64,000 nucleotides of DNA from Mobula hypostoma (GCF_963921235.1 NC_086097.1:232378001-232442000); one strand, 5' to 3'; positions 51,160 through 64,000 are shown, counted from the stretch's first letter. Notes: generated by a model from the letters alone, not told the origin. A program made the numbers and translations.

Positions 51160-51690
51160 AATACTTTGTATAAATCTATCAGCCCACCCCACCATTAAGC
51201 ACATTAACAAAGAGTACTGTCGCAGGAAAGCAGTGTCCATTATTAAGGACCCTCACCATCCAGGCCATTCTCTTCTCACTGCTGCAATCAGGAAGGAGGT
51301 AAAGGAGCCTCAAGTCCCTCGCCACCAGGTTTAGGAACAGTTATTATCCCTCAACCATTAGGCTCTTGAACCAGAGGGGATAACTTCACTCACCTCAACA
51401 CGGAACTGATTCCACGAACTATGGACTCACTTTTAAGGTCTCCACAACTCGTGTTTTCGATATTTATTGCTTATTTATTTAAGATGGTGATTATTGTTTG
51501 CTTTTTTTGTATTTTCAGTATGTTGTCTTTTGCATACTGGTTTCCTATTTGAATCTGTTGCCTGAGGTTTTTCATTGATTCATTTGTGCTTTTTTTCTAT
51601 TTGCTGTGAATGGCCCCAAGAAAATGAATCTCAGGGTGATATATGATGACATACATGTACTTTGTTAATAGATTTACTTTGACTTTTGAA
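51160..51690 (+). mobile_element. Rex1/Babar 3' fragment
   Basis: CRRKAVSIIKDPHHPGHSL followed by the family 3'UTR. Confidence 0.75.
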
Positions 51691-53189
51691 CTTCGGTGCC
51701 TTGATTTTTATAGGCAGAATTTTTAAACTATGGAAGTAACACTATTCAAAACATGAGATTTTAAAATCTAATTGGCAAAATATAAGCTTTCATTAATTTT
51801 TCAATTTTGGTATAAAGTTTGATTTATTGCGGTAGAGGGTTTCCTCTTACCAAAACTTAGTACAGGCATAAGTAGTCAAATGCAGCTCACACTGGCTTTT
51901 AGGAGTGTCTCAGGCCCGTTCTTAAAATTGTTTGCTAATTTCAAAAAAAATAATAATCACTCATTTCATTTGCCATTCAACGATCAGTAGTTGGCTATAG
52001 AGTTCATAATCTGCATGTTTGTACTGAGGTGGTTCTCAATTTTTAATTGTTGCTAAACTTTCAACTTTGGAAACCCTGTGCAAAGGGAGCCATCTTATTA
52101 GATTTTACATTGCTCTGGTGGCCTCCCTTAGGTGAGAGTTAAAGAAATACTCCCCTTTATTTTGACTTTATTCTTTGAATGATAAGCAAGCCTTTTAGTT
52201 TTATGTCATCATACCTTTAAACCTTGCAAACATTATTTAATTCTACCTTATGGTTCATTAGGAATTTTAATAAGAGCTTGGTTTAAGCCAATTTCACATT
52301 TCCTTCAGAATGTCAGTAGGAAGTCGTGTGCAACAGTAAATCATGGTGGGGTCAAAAAAATATTGTGGAATTTCTTTGGATCAACAAAGTCTACAAAATG
52401 TATTTGTTGGATAAGGATACTGATGTAATATTTCAATGAGGAATATTTGATAAGAATCTCTATTTCTCTGTCAGAATTCAAAGAACCAGAATGATTTTTT
52501 TGTTTTAACTGGCGGTGGATTTAAGGTTTTCTTTATGGTTCACAAATGTAGGTATCTAGCAGATGAGTAAACAGTCTGTGGTGATTCTTTGCATATCTTG
52601 CAACACGGCTGGTCTTTATACAAATATCTCATTGTGATCACAATGGTCCTTAACAAGAGTCACTGTTACTGACTCCCCCAAATTCCTGAAGTTTAATATT
52701 TCAGTACAGATAACCACAACAATGGAGCTCTTGTGTAGGATTTTGCAGAACATTGCAACTAATGATTCTATAGACTCTGGGTCAAAGGCCATAACTAAGG
52801 CTGGACTTCATATTGCTGATAGTGTCAGTCACGACTACCAAATGGGTCTAACTTCCCTTTGCTCCTGCTGTTTTATTGTTAATTTACTTTTGTACTTTCC
52901 TCTTTTTTATATCAGTTTTGGATTTTTTGAGAACGTTATCAGTATAATATGAGCAGATGATGAAACTGATAAGCATTGAAGGAATCCTTTTAAGCCTGCC
53001 CCAAATTTTTTACTGGCTGCAAAGATTGAACTTCTAGCCTGAAAACATTCTCAAGTAACAAGTGCAGCAATGAACAGTTTTGCGAATTTTTCTGAACACT
53101 TCGTCTTCAACTAATACAAGATTAAATCGGTTTGTTTCAAAATTTGAATGCATACTCTTTATCTGCAGAGTTCAATGCATTATAGCTCA

Positions 53190-55125
53190 AAAGTTCAAAG
53201 TAAATTTATTATTGAAGTACATACGTGTCACCATATACAACACATTCATTTTCTTGCAGGCATATTCAATAATGGGTGCGAGGGTGGAGATACGTCCCTA
53301 CCAAAGGGAAGTGTAAGGTGCTCCTTCCTTCTGTAAGCCTGCAGGTCACCCTAGGACAAGGTGTAGCACCTGCTTAGCCCCTGAACAGGGTCACATGAAG
53401 CCTTAGGATCAGGTGGTGGATGGTAGTAATAGCAGCTGGTTCATATTACAAGTCCTGGCCATGAGACCACTGATGCCAGGCAAACAATCTCTGAAGAGAA
53501 TTGATAACGGCTGGGGCCACCCGTCTTGTAAAGACACTGCCCAGAGGAAGGCAATGGCAAACACTTCTGTAGAAAAAAATTATCAAGAACAATCATGGTC
53601 ATTGAAAGTCCACGATCACCCATGTTGTACAATATGACATATATCAAATGAACAATACGCAATAAATCGTAGAACCATCACAGAATCAGTGAAAGGCCAC
53701 ATCAACATGGCAAAAGACAACAAACTGTGTAAATACAAAAAGAAAGGAAGAAGGTTTAAAAAAAAATAATAAATAAACAAACAAGCAAGCAATGAGTATT
53801 GAGAACATGAGATGAAGAGTCCTTGAAAATGAGTCCATAGGTTGTGGGAACAAGTCAGTGATAAGATGAGTGCAGTTATCCCTTCTGCTTCAAGCGCTTG
53901 ATGACAAAGGGGTAATAACTGTTCCTGAACCTAGTGCTGTGAGTCTTGGGCTCCTGTATCACCTTCCTGATGGCAAGAGAGTATGACCCAGGTAGTGGGA
54001 GACGCTGATACCCATTCAATGGTGTAGAGATATGCTTAATGGTGGGGAGGGCATTACTTGTGATGAACTGGGCCATATCTGCTGCTTTTGTTAGTTTTTC
54101 TATTCAAGGCGTTGGTGTATCCATGCCAGGCTGTGATGCCGCTGGTCAATATTCTCTTCACCTATAGAAGTTTGTCAAAGTGTTAGACGTCATGCCAAAT
54201 CTTCACAAACTCCTGAGAAAGTATAAATGCTACAATGCTTTCCCATAATTGCATTTATATGCTGGGCCCAGGGCAGATCCTCTGAAATGATAACACTGAG
54301 GGGAATTTAAAGTTGCAGACCCTCTCCACCTCTGATCCCCCACTGAGGACTGGCTCATGGACCTCTGGCTTCCTTCTCCTAAAGTCAATAATCAGCTCCT
54401 TGGTCTTGCTGACATTGAGTGGTTGTTGTTGTGGCACCACTCAGCCAGATTTTCAGTCTCCCTCCTATATGTTGATTCGTCACTACTGCTGATTTAGCCT
54501 ATGATTGTGGTGTCGTCAGCAAACTTAAATATGGCATTAGAGCTGTGCTTAGCCTCACAGTTATAAGTGTAAAGTGAATAGAGCAGTGGGCTAAGCACAC
54601 AGCCTTATGGTGATGGAGATTGTGAAGGAAATGTTGCCAATCTGAACTGGGGTCTGTAAGTGAAGAATTTGAGGATCCAATTGCACAAGGAACTATTGAG
54701 GTCAAGGTCTTGAAGATTATTGATTAGTTTTGAGGGGATGATGGTACTAAATGCTGAGTTGTAGTCAATAAAGCGCTTCCTCATGTTGAGTAAAGAGACA
54801 ATGAAATGGCATCTGCCTGTTGTGCTGATAGGCTAATTGGAGCAGATCCAAGTTGTTTCTCAGGCAGTAGTTGATATGCTTCATTACTAATCTCTCAAAA
54901 CACTTCATCACTGTGGATGTAAGTGCGATTGGATAGTAGTCATAGAGGCAGAATACCACATTCTTCTTTGGCACCGGTATAACTGAAGCCTACTTGAAGC
55001 AGCTGGGTACCTTAGACTGCCAAAACAAGAGGTTAAAGATCTCAGTGAACACGCCAGCCAGTTGATTAGCATGGGTCTTCATTACTTGGCTAGTTACCCC
55101 GTCTGGGCCAGATGCTTCAAGCAGA
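53190..55125 (-). mobile_element. Rex1/Babar LINE, degraded, interrupted by a SINE
   Basis: [46 protein letters not shown]. Confidence 0.8.
53275..53640 (+). mobile_element. BovB/RTE-related SINE-like element, nested in a Rex1 3' end
   Basis: GAAGGCAATGGCAAACAC resembles the Bov-A/BovB GAAGGCAATGGCAAACCAC motif; second copy at 41.4 kb. Confidence 0.7.
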
Positions 55126-55593
55126 AGGCAAGTTGAGATAGAATCAGAAAACACTGCTGGTAGAATAGTTTGTTTTATGATGAACATTTTTATTGGAATA
55201 TTATTTATTTCATAAATAACAGATAAATGATCTTATTGTAGCAAGTGTGGCTGAGAAATATCTGAGAAGCTGCCTAGCTAAATAACACAGGAAATGGTGA
55301 TAAAGGGTGAATTAGTTAATCCCAGTTTCTCATTTGGGCAAAAAAAAAGCACAAAAGAATTGTTGCCTGTTTCCTTTTTAATATGTATTCTTGAACTTTC
55401 ACTCAGGTTACAGCAAGTAAATTCCACAAGTTTGCATTTGTCATGACATGCCAGACAGCTACCAGACAAATATTTCCACTTGTAAATCACTGGGAGCTTA
55501 ATGTCGAATTCACATAATCATTTGACATTTATTCAATAGACTGTCACAAGACTAATTCTGAAAAATGTAATATCTTGCGTGTATGATATGTAA

Positions 55594-55701
<108 letters not shown>

Positions 55702-56499
55702 TGAGATTTTAAATTATGTTGTAAGAAGTGAATAAAGCTTCACTAGAGGTCAATTTTGATGTTTTTGAGCTTTACTTTTAATCAATCGTCAGTGTTAAGA
55801 TGTTGCTAGGATTTATTAAGATCTACATACTAGCTGGAAGCTGCATTTTCATACGACATCTTCAAAAGCATTGAAGGTCACTAAGGCATCATGAAAGCCA
55901 ATGAGGACTAAATTTAAACACAACTGCTTGGCGATATAATTAATTCTGCAGTTAATGCTTCTCCCACTATCCGGTGTACTTACCTGGAATCAAACCTGTG
56001 ACAAATATGACACAGGCTAGGTTGAAAAATGCTTTTCTTTGCGATCCTTACTGATGAGGACAAGCAGGAGTGTTTCCTACTTAGACTCCTAAACCGTATT
56101 TTTTTATTCTTGCCTAACAATTCTGACATAATTCTTGCTAGTTTTTAAAGAGACACTGTCATGGATCACTTAAATGAATCTCGGGAGTTATACAAGGATA
56201 CCTATGGGGCAGAGAAGGTGCTGATGGTTTTGAGGCACCTAAAAGTAGATGAATCACTGGGGCCTGATCAAGTTTACCCTAGGATGTTGGAAGAAGCAAG
56301 GAGCCATGCCAGAGATTTTTCTTCCTTCTTTAGTACTAGAAGACTAGAGAGTTGCTAATATTGTGCTTTTATTTGCAAAGGACTGTATTACAGTGCCAGG
56401 GAATTGTGGGCACAGAGCTTTACATCTGGCAAGGGAAAGTTACTGCAAGGGATTTGGAGAGGTGGTGCTATGGCATTTGGATTAGCCAGAACTGATTAC

Positions 56500-56742
56500 G
56501 TCTCAGGGCATTAAGAGTTTGGATTCAATCCCAGCATCCTCTGTAAGGAGTTTGTACATTCTCCTGGTGGAATGCGTGAGTTTCCTTCAGGTGCTCCGGT
56601 TTCCTCCCACAGTCCAAAGATGTACCTGTTAGTAGGATAATTGGTCATTGTAACTTGTCCCGTGATTAGGCTAGAGTTAAATCGGTGGGCTGCTGGTGAT
56701 GCTGGATAGGCCTATTCTGCACTGTATCTCTAATCAAAAAAA
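56500..56742 (+). mobile_element. V-type tRNA SINE
   Basis: GGAGTTTGTACATTCTCC...GGTGCTCCGGTTTCCTCCCACAGTCCAAAGA...ATTGGTCATTGTAA. Confidence 0.7.
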
Positions 56743-56744
56743 CA

Positions 56745-57370
56745 ATATGGTGAAGGGGGCCAACCGCCTTCATTGGATGTGGATTTGGGGTTGAGAGGGT
56801 GAACAGCTTTAAGTTCCCCGGCAAAAACATCACCCAGGATCTCGTGGTCTGTACATACCAGCTGCGCCTTTTTCACCTCAGAAGGTTGAAGAAGTTTGGT
56901 ATGGACCCCTAAATCCAAAGAACTTTCTATAGGGGCACAATTGAGAGCATCCTGACTGGCTGCATCACTGCCTGGTATGGGAACTGTACCTCCCTTAATC
57001 GCAGGACTCTGCAGAGAGTGGTGTGGACAGCCCAGCACATCTGTAGATGTGAACTTCCACTATTCAGGACATTTACAAAGACAGGTGTGTAAAAAGGGCC
57101 CACAGGATCACTGGGGACCTGAATCACCCCAACCACAAACGTACTGCAACATAAAAGCCAGGACACCAGGCTCCAGGACAGCTTCTTCCACCAGGCCATC
57201 AGACTGCTTAATTCATGCTGATACAACTGTATTTCTATGCTATATTGACTGCCCTGTTGTACTTACTGTTTATTACAAATTGCACATTTAGACAGAGACA
57301 AAACGTAAAGATCTTTACTCCTTGTCTATATGAAGGATGTAGGTAATAAAGTCAGTTCAATTTAATTCAA
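56745..57370 (+). mobile_element. Rex1/Babar 3' fragment
   Basis: ATTGAGAGCATCCTGACTGGCTGCATCACTGCCTGGTATGGGAAC (IESILTGCITAWYGN); ATTCA-type tail. Confidence 0.78.
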
Positions 57371-57371
57371 T

Positions 57372-58545
57372 ATTGAGTGCAAAATTTGGGACAACGTGTT
57401 ATAGATGTACAATATGCTAGTGAAACCACATTTAGAGTATTGTGTGAATTTCTGGTTGCCTTACTATAGCAAGAATTAAGTTAGAAGGTAAAAAAGAATT
57501 CCAAAGAATGGTGCTGGGATTGGAGGGCTTGAGTTCTAATGAGAGACTGTAAAAGCTGTGATCATTTCGCCTGGCCTAAATGAGATCAATGAGTGACATT
57601 GTAGATTTTATAAAATCATGAAGGATATCGATGTCATAGATTGTCATAGTCCTATTTGCAGGATCGGAGAGTCTAAAACTAGAGGATATAGGTGTTAGGT
57701 GAGAGAGGGAAGACTTAGAAGGGACCTGAGGGAGAAGTTTTTCACAGGAAGGTGGGTATATAGAATGAGCAGCTAGAAGAAGTGGTAGAGTTGAGTACAA
57801 TTACAGTGTTTAAAAGACATTTGAACAGTTATATGAATAGGAAAGGTTTAGAGAGATATGGGCCAAATGCAGGCAAGTAGCACAAACTCAGATGGACACT
57901 TTGGTCAATATGGACAAGTTGGGACAAAGGGCCTGTTTTAGCGCTGTAAAACTCTGAATCTCCTCTTCCCTCTGTTGCTATTGTGTGCTGAAGCCTCAAC
58001 ATCTGAAGTTTGCACTAGAGGCCCTTTATTAATCATTGAACCATCTCCAATGCATATAGAGCACAGACACATTGCACAGGCCCTTCAACCCACCATGTTG
58101 TGCTGACCTTTTAACCAAGATCGATCAATGCTTTCCTCCCACATTGGCCTCCATTTGTCTTTCATCCATGTGTCTAAATTCTATTAAATCTCCCTAATGT
58201 ATCCACCTCTACCAGCACCCATGGCAGTGTGTTTCACACACTTCCCACTATCTGCATATGAAAAAAACCTATCTCTAACATCCCCACAATACTTTCCTCC
58301 AATTATCTTAAAATTATATCCTCTCGTATTAGCCATTTCCACCCTGGGAAAAAGGTACCAGTTGTCCACTCTATGTCTCTTATCTTCTTGTACACCTTGG
58401 TCAAGTTACTTCTCATTCTTCTATGCTCCAAAGCGAAAAGCCCTGGCTTGCTCAACCATTCTTTATCAGATATACTCTCTAATCCAGGCAGCCTCTCTAA
58501 AGCTTCCACATTATTCCTATAATGAGGTGACCTCAACTAAACCTA
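57372..58545. mobile_element. Two tail-to-tail CR1 3' fragments (+ 57372-57960; - 58055-58545)
   Basis: YNMLVKPHLEYCV-like coding sequence and CR1 tails in opposite orientations. Confidence 0.68.
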
Positions 58546-58984
58546 TATCTGCAAGATAGCTGATGCAAGCGTGCATCAGCTACATTCTCAAGTTCCTTGC
58601 TAGTCTCTTTAATGTCGGTATTGATCTTGATTTCAAAGATTAGGAGTAATTGAGTTACCAGCAGGAATTCTATTAGTTCATTGTTAGAAGTCTAAATTTT
58701 CGGCAAATTTCTTAAAATATCTTTTGATACCCCTAAAATTGCTCCAGTTTGTTACTTGAAAAAGCTCCCTAGAGTGTACACGAATTCCATGATGGCCATT
58801 CCTCATGGTAGTGCCTTAATTCTGCAATGCAGCTCTTTCATAACGTTTGACATCAGCAATGTTATTTATTGAACTTCATTTGCAACAAAATTAATTTAAA
58901 TGGAAGATTATTTAGAGTATAACTTTAATATTTTATCTACTTGAACTTTTTAATGAAACTTTGTAAAGGCACACTTGTACATGA

Positions 58985-59251
<267 letters not shown>

Positions 59252-59261
59252 TAATCAACAG

Positions 59262-59337
59262 TGAATGAAAAGAGCAATCTTCAGGAAGAAAATAAAAAGC
59301 TCAGTGACCAACTTGAATCACTTGAACGCCAGAAGAA
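59262..59337 (+). CDS. RBBP8: RBBP8 coding exon 5 (MNEKSNLQEENKKLSDQLESLERQK)
   Basis: caacAG acceptor and GTAAGT donor. 76 nt, in phase. Matches MNERNTLQEENKKLSEQL. Confidence 0.93.
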
Positions 59338-59426
59338 GTAAGTTTCGTGTGACGCTTGCATCTGTAACCTTCCATTTACTGTATATTTTTACTTTGAGAT
59401 CTGTCTGACCTTTATTTCTTTGTCAG

Positions 59427-59602
59427 AGAAAAACTACATGAAGCAGTAGGTGCAGCAGATCACGATGATGGAATAATTCCAGGTTCTCCGATTTTATCCT
59501 TTTCCACCTCCATGCTTAGCAGAATGCGAAGGAGAAAGGAGAAGAGCCATATTCGCTATGTGGAACATACAAGTATAGATCCTACAGAGCTGCAGACTAA
59601 TG
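59427..59602 (+). CDS. RBBP8: RBBP8 coding exon 6 (KEKLHEAVGAADHDDGIIPGSPILSFSTSMLSRMRRRKEKSHIRYVEHTSIDPTELQTN)
   Basis: tttctttgtcAG acceptor, GT donor at 59603. 176 nt, open in the expected phase. Resembles CtIP VIPDSP...NRLRRKENPHVRYIE. Confidence 0.9.
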
Positions 59603-59780
59603 GTACGAGTATCATTCAAGATGCATTGAATTTTACAATGTAAAATATATTCACACATTAAAAAAAAATTGTGTTGATGATTTGTCCAGAGAAACAAAGT
59701 TGTTTTAGTTTTTTTTCATAAACTGATTTCTACTATTTGTGCACAAGATTGTATTCATGTGAAGATTCCTTAAGGTTAAT

Positions 59781-60091
59781 TTTTTGGCATCCGTTAGTCT
59801 TGTGAGACCATGGATCTGCGCCTGGAAAGTCTTCACTCTCCGGGGCACAGGCCTGGGCAAGGTTGTATGGAAGACCGGCAGTTGGTCATGCTGCAAGTCT
59901 CTCCTCTCCATGACACCGATGTTGTCCAAGGGAAGGGTAGGGGCCGATACAGCTTGGCACCAGTGTTGTCACAGAGCACTGTGTGGTTAAGTGCCTTGCT
60001 CAAGGACACAACACGCTGCCTCGGCTGGGACCCGAACTCACGACCTTCAGGTTGCTAGTCCAATGCCTTAACCACTTGGCCACGTGCCCAC
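59781..60091 (-). mobile_element. tRNA-derived SINE with CORE-like middle and bipartite RTE tail
   Basis: Minus strand has A box TGGCCAAGTGG, B box GAGTTCGGGTCC and GTGTCCTTGAGCAAGGCACTTAACC, then RTE 5'UTR and RTE 3'-end segments; TSD AAGGT(T/G)AAT at 59772-59780 and 60092-60100. Confidence 0.85.
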
Positions 60092-60139
60092 AAGGTGAAT
60101 AAATTGGCATAAATAAATTTATTGAATGCTACCACTAAA

Positions 60140-61100
60140 ACTAGAACAGTATTTTAATCAGAACAGGACCCAACAAGACAGACAAACCACCAATCTGCAA
60201 AAGACCATAAACTGTACAGATACAAAAATAAATAAAGATAAATGAACAAGGACTAAAAATCAAGTACATGAGGAGTTCTTGAAAATGAGTCTGTAGGTTG
60301 TGGGAACAAGTGATGGGGCAAATGAAGTGAGTTATGTTGTTCCCGATGGTTCAACATCCTAGTAATTGAGGGGTAATAACTGTTCCTGAACCTGCTGGTG
60401 TGGCTCCTGAGGGCCCTGTACCACCCTCCTGATGGCAACAGCGAGAAGAGAGAATGACCTGAGTTGTGGGGGTCTTTGATGATGGATGCTGCTTTCCTGC
60501 GACAGCGCATCATGTGGATGTGCTCAGTGGTGGGAAGGGCTTTACCTGTGATGGACTGGGCCATATCCACTACTTTTTGTAGGATTTTCCATTCAAGGGC
60601 ATTAGTGTTTCCATACCAGGCTGTGATGCAGCCAGACATTATACTCTCCTCTACACATCCATACTATTTTGTCAAAGTTTTAGATGCCACGCCAAAACTT
60701 CACAAACTTCCAAGGAAGTAGAGGTGCTGCAGTGCTTTCTTTGTAATTGCACTTGCGTGCTGTCCCCTGACAGATTCTAAAATTATAACAGTGTGGAATT
60801 TAAAGTTACTGACCCTCTCCGCCTCTGATCCCCCAATGAGGCTGCTCATGGACCACCAGTTTCCTCCTCCTGGAGTCAATAATCAGCTCTTTGGTCTTGC
60901 TGACATTGAGTGAGAGGTTGTTGTTGTAGCACCACTCAGCCGGATTTTCAGTCTCCCTCCTATGTGCTGATTCATCATAACTTTTGATTTGGCCAGCTTA
61001 AATATGGCATTGGAATTGTGCTTGGCCTCACAGTCATAAGTATAAAGTGAGCTAAGCACATAACCTGTGCTGATGGAGATTGTGGAGGAGATGTTGAAGC
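60140..61100 (-). mobile_element. Rex1/Babar fragment
   Basis: SGCITAWYGN...RCRRKAASIIKDP...LLPSGGWYR...RFRNSYYP. Confidence 0.8.
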
Positions 61101-61221
61101 ATATTGTGGGGTGGAATTGAAAATATAGCTCAGTTGTGTCGTAATAACAACCTGTTACTCAATGTCAGCAAGACCAAAGAGTTGAGTATTGACTTCAGGA
61201 GGAGGAAACTGGTGTTCCATT

Positions 61222-61810
61222 GATATGTCATGTTGAGGTTGTACAGGACATTGGTGAGGCCTAATTTGGAGTATTGTGTGCAGCTTTGGTCACCTACCTA
61301 CAGGAAATCTGTAAATAAGGTTGAAAGAATGCAGAGAAAATTTACAAGGATGTTGCTGGGTCTGGATGACATGAGTTATAAGGAAAGATTGAATAGATTA
61401 GGACTGTATTCTTTAGAGTGTAGAAGATTGAAAGGAGATTCGATAGAGGTATACAGAATTATGAAGGGTATAGATAGGGTAAATGCAAGTGGGCTTTTAC
61501 CACTGAGGTTGGGTGAAACTACAACCAGATGTCATGGCTTAAGGGTGAAAGGTGAGAAGTTTAAGGGGAGCATGAGGGGAAACTTCTTCACTCACAGGGT
61601 CGTGAGAAAGTGGAATGAGCTGACAACACAAGTGGCGCTGCGAGCTCAATTTCAATGTTTAAGAGAAGTTTGGATAGGTACATGGATAATAGGGATATGT
61701 AGGGCCAAGGTCCTGGTGCAGATCAATGGGTGGAGGCAGTTTAAACGGTTTTGTTATGAACTAGATAAGCCGAAGGGCCTGTTTCTATGCTGTTCTTCTT
61801 TATGACTATG
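61222..61810 (+). mobile_element. CR1 3' fragment lying within a + strand Rex1 copy
   Basis: MLRLYRTLVRPNLEYCVQLWSP...RGNFFTHRVVRKWN; flanked by Rex1 pieces 61146-61222 and 61812-62372. Confidence 0.82.
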
Positions 61811-61811
61811 C

Positions 61812-62700
61812 GTGGTGGAGAGTATCTTGATTGGCAGCATCACAGCCTGGTATGGAAACTCCAAAGCCCCTGAATGGAAGATCCTACAAAATATAATCGA
61901 TACAGCCCAGTCCATCAGAGGTAAATCTCTGCCCACCATTGGGTGGATCTGTACAGAGAATTGTCGCAGGAAAGCAACATCCATCATCAGGTTCTCCCAC
62001 CAGGTCATGCTCTCTTCTTGCTGCATCAGGTTGAAGGTACAGGAGCCTCAGGAATCACACCACCAGGTTCAGGAACAGTCATTACCCTTCAACCACCAGG
62101 CTCTTGAACCAGAGGGGAGAACTACACTGGCCCCATCACTCTACTGTTCCCCCAACCTATGGATTCACTTTCAAGTACTCTTCTTCTCATATCCTCTATA
62201 TTTAATGTCTTTTTTCTTTCTTTTTGTTGTCTCTTTCACACTGCTTGTACATCTTGTTGGTGCCACCTGTCATTGATTCCGTTATGGTTATTGGATTTAT
62301 TGAGTATGCCCACAAGAAAATGAATCTCTTGTATATGGCGACATATATGTAGTTTGGTATTAAATTTACTTTGAATTGGTCAATCTGAACTGTCTGCAGT
62401 CTGCACGTGAGGAAATCGGGAATCCATTTGTACAAGGAGAGATTGAGGCCAAGATCTTGAAGCTGATTGAATAGTTTTGAGGGGATTATGGTATTGAATG
62501 CCACTCTGTAGGCAATAAGTGATATCCTGATGTATGCATCTTTACTGTGCATAGGTCTAGGGTTGAGTGAAGAGTCAATGAAATGGCACCTTCTGTGGAC
62601 CTGTTGTGCGGGTAGGCAAATTAGACAGATCCAAGTCACTTCTCAGGCAGGAGTTGATATGTTTCATCATCAACCTCTCAAAGCACTTCATCACAGTTGG
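61812..62700. mobile_element. Rex1/Babar fragments (+ 61812-62372; - 62378-62700)
   Basis: VESILIGSITAWYGN on +; AFNTIIPSKL..QLQDLGLN on -. Confidence 0.75.
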
Positions 62701-62709
62701 ATATAAATA

Positions 62710-64000
62710 CTCTTTCTTTCTTTCTTTTTAAATCTTTTTATTGAATAAGTATACAAAAAAGGTAAGCCATATAAACATTAATACAATGTTAAAGTATAAT
62801 AAAATTCCAAAAGGTATCAATACCAAAAAAAATACTACAAACAATGTAATTTAAACATAAGAAACCAAGATAACATAATAGTATACTAAATTTTATATAT
62901 ATCAATGGAAAAAAAAAAGAAAAAAAAACCCCAAAAAAAAACCCACCGTGCAACTAACTAAAAGCAAAGCAAAGCAATGGGCTAACTTGAAACCAAACAG
63001 AGTTAAACTTAAAATCACGTCCTCAATCCCGACCTCCATTAAAAACAGTGAAAAAAAACAAGAAGGGTAAATATTACATTAAATGAAAATATCGAATAAA
63101 AGGTCCCCAAATCTGTTCAAATTTAAATGAAGAATCGTAAAGGTTACTTCTAATTTTCTCCAAATTCAAACATAAAATCGTCTGAGAAAACCAAAAAAAG
63201 GTAGTTGGAGCATTAAGCTCTTTCCAATGTTGTAAAATACATCTTTTCGCCATTAAAGTAAGAAATGCAATCATTCTACGGGCTGAAGGGGAAAGATTAC
63301 TAGAAATTTTAGGTAGTCCAAAGATAGCAGTAATAGGGTGAGGAGAGATATCTATATTTAATACCTTAGAAATAATATTAAAAATATCTCTCCAAAAAGT
63401 TTCCAAAGTAGGGCAAGACCAAAACATATGAGTTAAAGAGGCTATCTGCCCCAAACATCTGTCACAGAAAGGATTAATATGCGAGTAAAAACGCGCTAAC
63501 TTATCTTTGGACATATGTGCTCTATGAACCACTTTAAATTGAATTAGGGAATGTTTAGCACAAATAGAGGAGGTATTAACTAATTGTAAAATTTGCCCCC
63601 AATCATCCACAGAAATGGTAAGCCCCAATTCCTGTTCCCAATCTACCCTAATCTTATCAAATGGAGCTTTCCTAAGTTTCATAATAATATTATAAATCAT
63701 AGCCGATGCACCTTTCTGACATGGATTGAGGTTAATTATCGAATCTAAAATATATGTAGGAGGAAGCATTGGAAAGGAAGAAAGTATAGTACTTAGGAAA
63801 TTTCTAACTTGTAAATATCTAAAAAAATGTATTCTTGATAAGTTATATTTATTAGATAATTGTTCAAAAGACATAAGGGAACCATCTAAAAATAAATCCA
63901 AAAACCGTAAAATACCCTTAGTCTTCCAAGTTTGAAAAGCGCGATCCGTAAAAGAGGGAGGAAAAAATATGTTACCTAAAATAGGAATCGCTAACCCGAA
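62710..64000 (-). mobile_element. 3' end of an L1/Tx1-clade LINE, antisense within an RBBP8 intron
   Basis: Frame is open from the window edge to the stop at 63074, with ORF2 C-terminal CDRC...HMFWSC; T-rich 3'UTR, AATAAA and (GAAA)n tail on the minus strand near 62710-62742. Confidence 0.88.
63074..64000 (-). CDS. L1-clade ORF2 C-terminal region (partial)
   Basis: FEQLSNKYNL...FFRYLQVR, SLIQFKVVHR and the CCHC zinc knuckle; no stops. Confidence 0.82.
   Translation of the reverse strand, partial: FGLAIPILGNIFFPPSFTDRAFQTWKTKGILRFLDLFLDGSLMSFEQLSNKYNLSRIHFFRYLQVRNFLSTILSSFPMLPPTYILDSIINLNPCQKGASAMIYNIIMKLRKAPFDKIRVDWEQELGLTISVDDWGQILQLVNTSSICAKHSLIQFKVVHRAHMSKDKLARFYSHINPFCDRCLGQIASLTHMFWSCPTLETFWRDIFNIISKVLNIDISPHPITAIFGLPKISSNLSPSARRMIAFLTLMAKRCILQHWKELNAPTTFFWFSQTILCLNLEKIRSNLYDSSFKFEQIWGPFIRYFHLM

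Noticed and set aside
60020..60091. tRNA gene
   Set aside because: A/B boxes belong to a SINE head; no complete cloverleaf or terminator is evident.

Overview
Vertebrate genomic DNA, AT-rich and dense in repeats. The repeat set (HE1/V-type SINEs, CR1, Rex1/Babar, RTE, Penelope, L1) suggests a cartilaginous fish, probably a ray; this is inference only. One host gene is supported: the first six coding exons of RBBP8 (CtIP) on the + strand, from the ATG at 34854 to exon 6 ending at 59602, all with GT-AG introns; the gene continues beyond the window. The rest is transposable elements: a full-length but disabled CsRn1/Kabuki-type Gypsy element (8142-12480; 4-bp TSD, tRNA-Trp PBS, -1 frameshift signal), a young 5'-truncated Neptune-type Penelope element with a minimal hammerhead motif, an internally deleted Tigger-like transposon carrying a ~230-bp palindrome, a full-length RTE LINE with a fold-back at its 5' end, RTE-dependent SINEs, a probable solo LTR, the 3' end of an L1-clade element, and many degraded CR1 and Rex1 fragments. 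No prokaryotic-type system is present. The most interesting signals are RNA-level and mechanistic features of the elements. Boundaries of degraded repeats are approximate, and all identities were estimated by eye.
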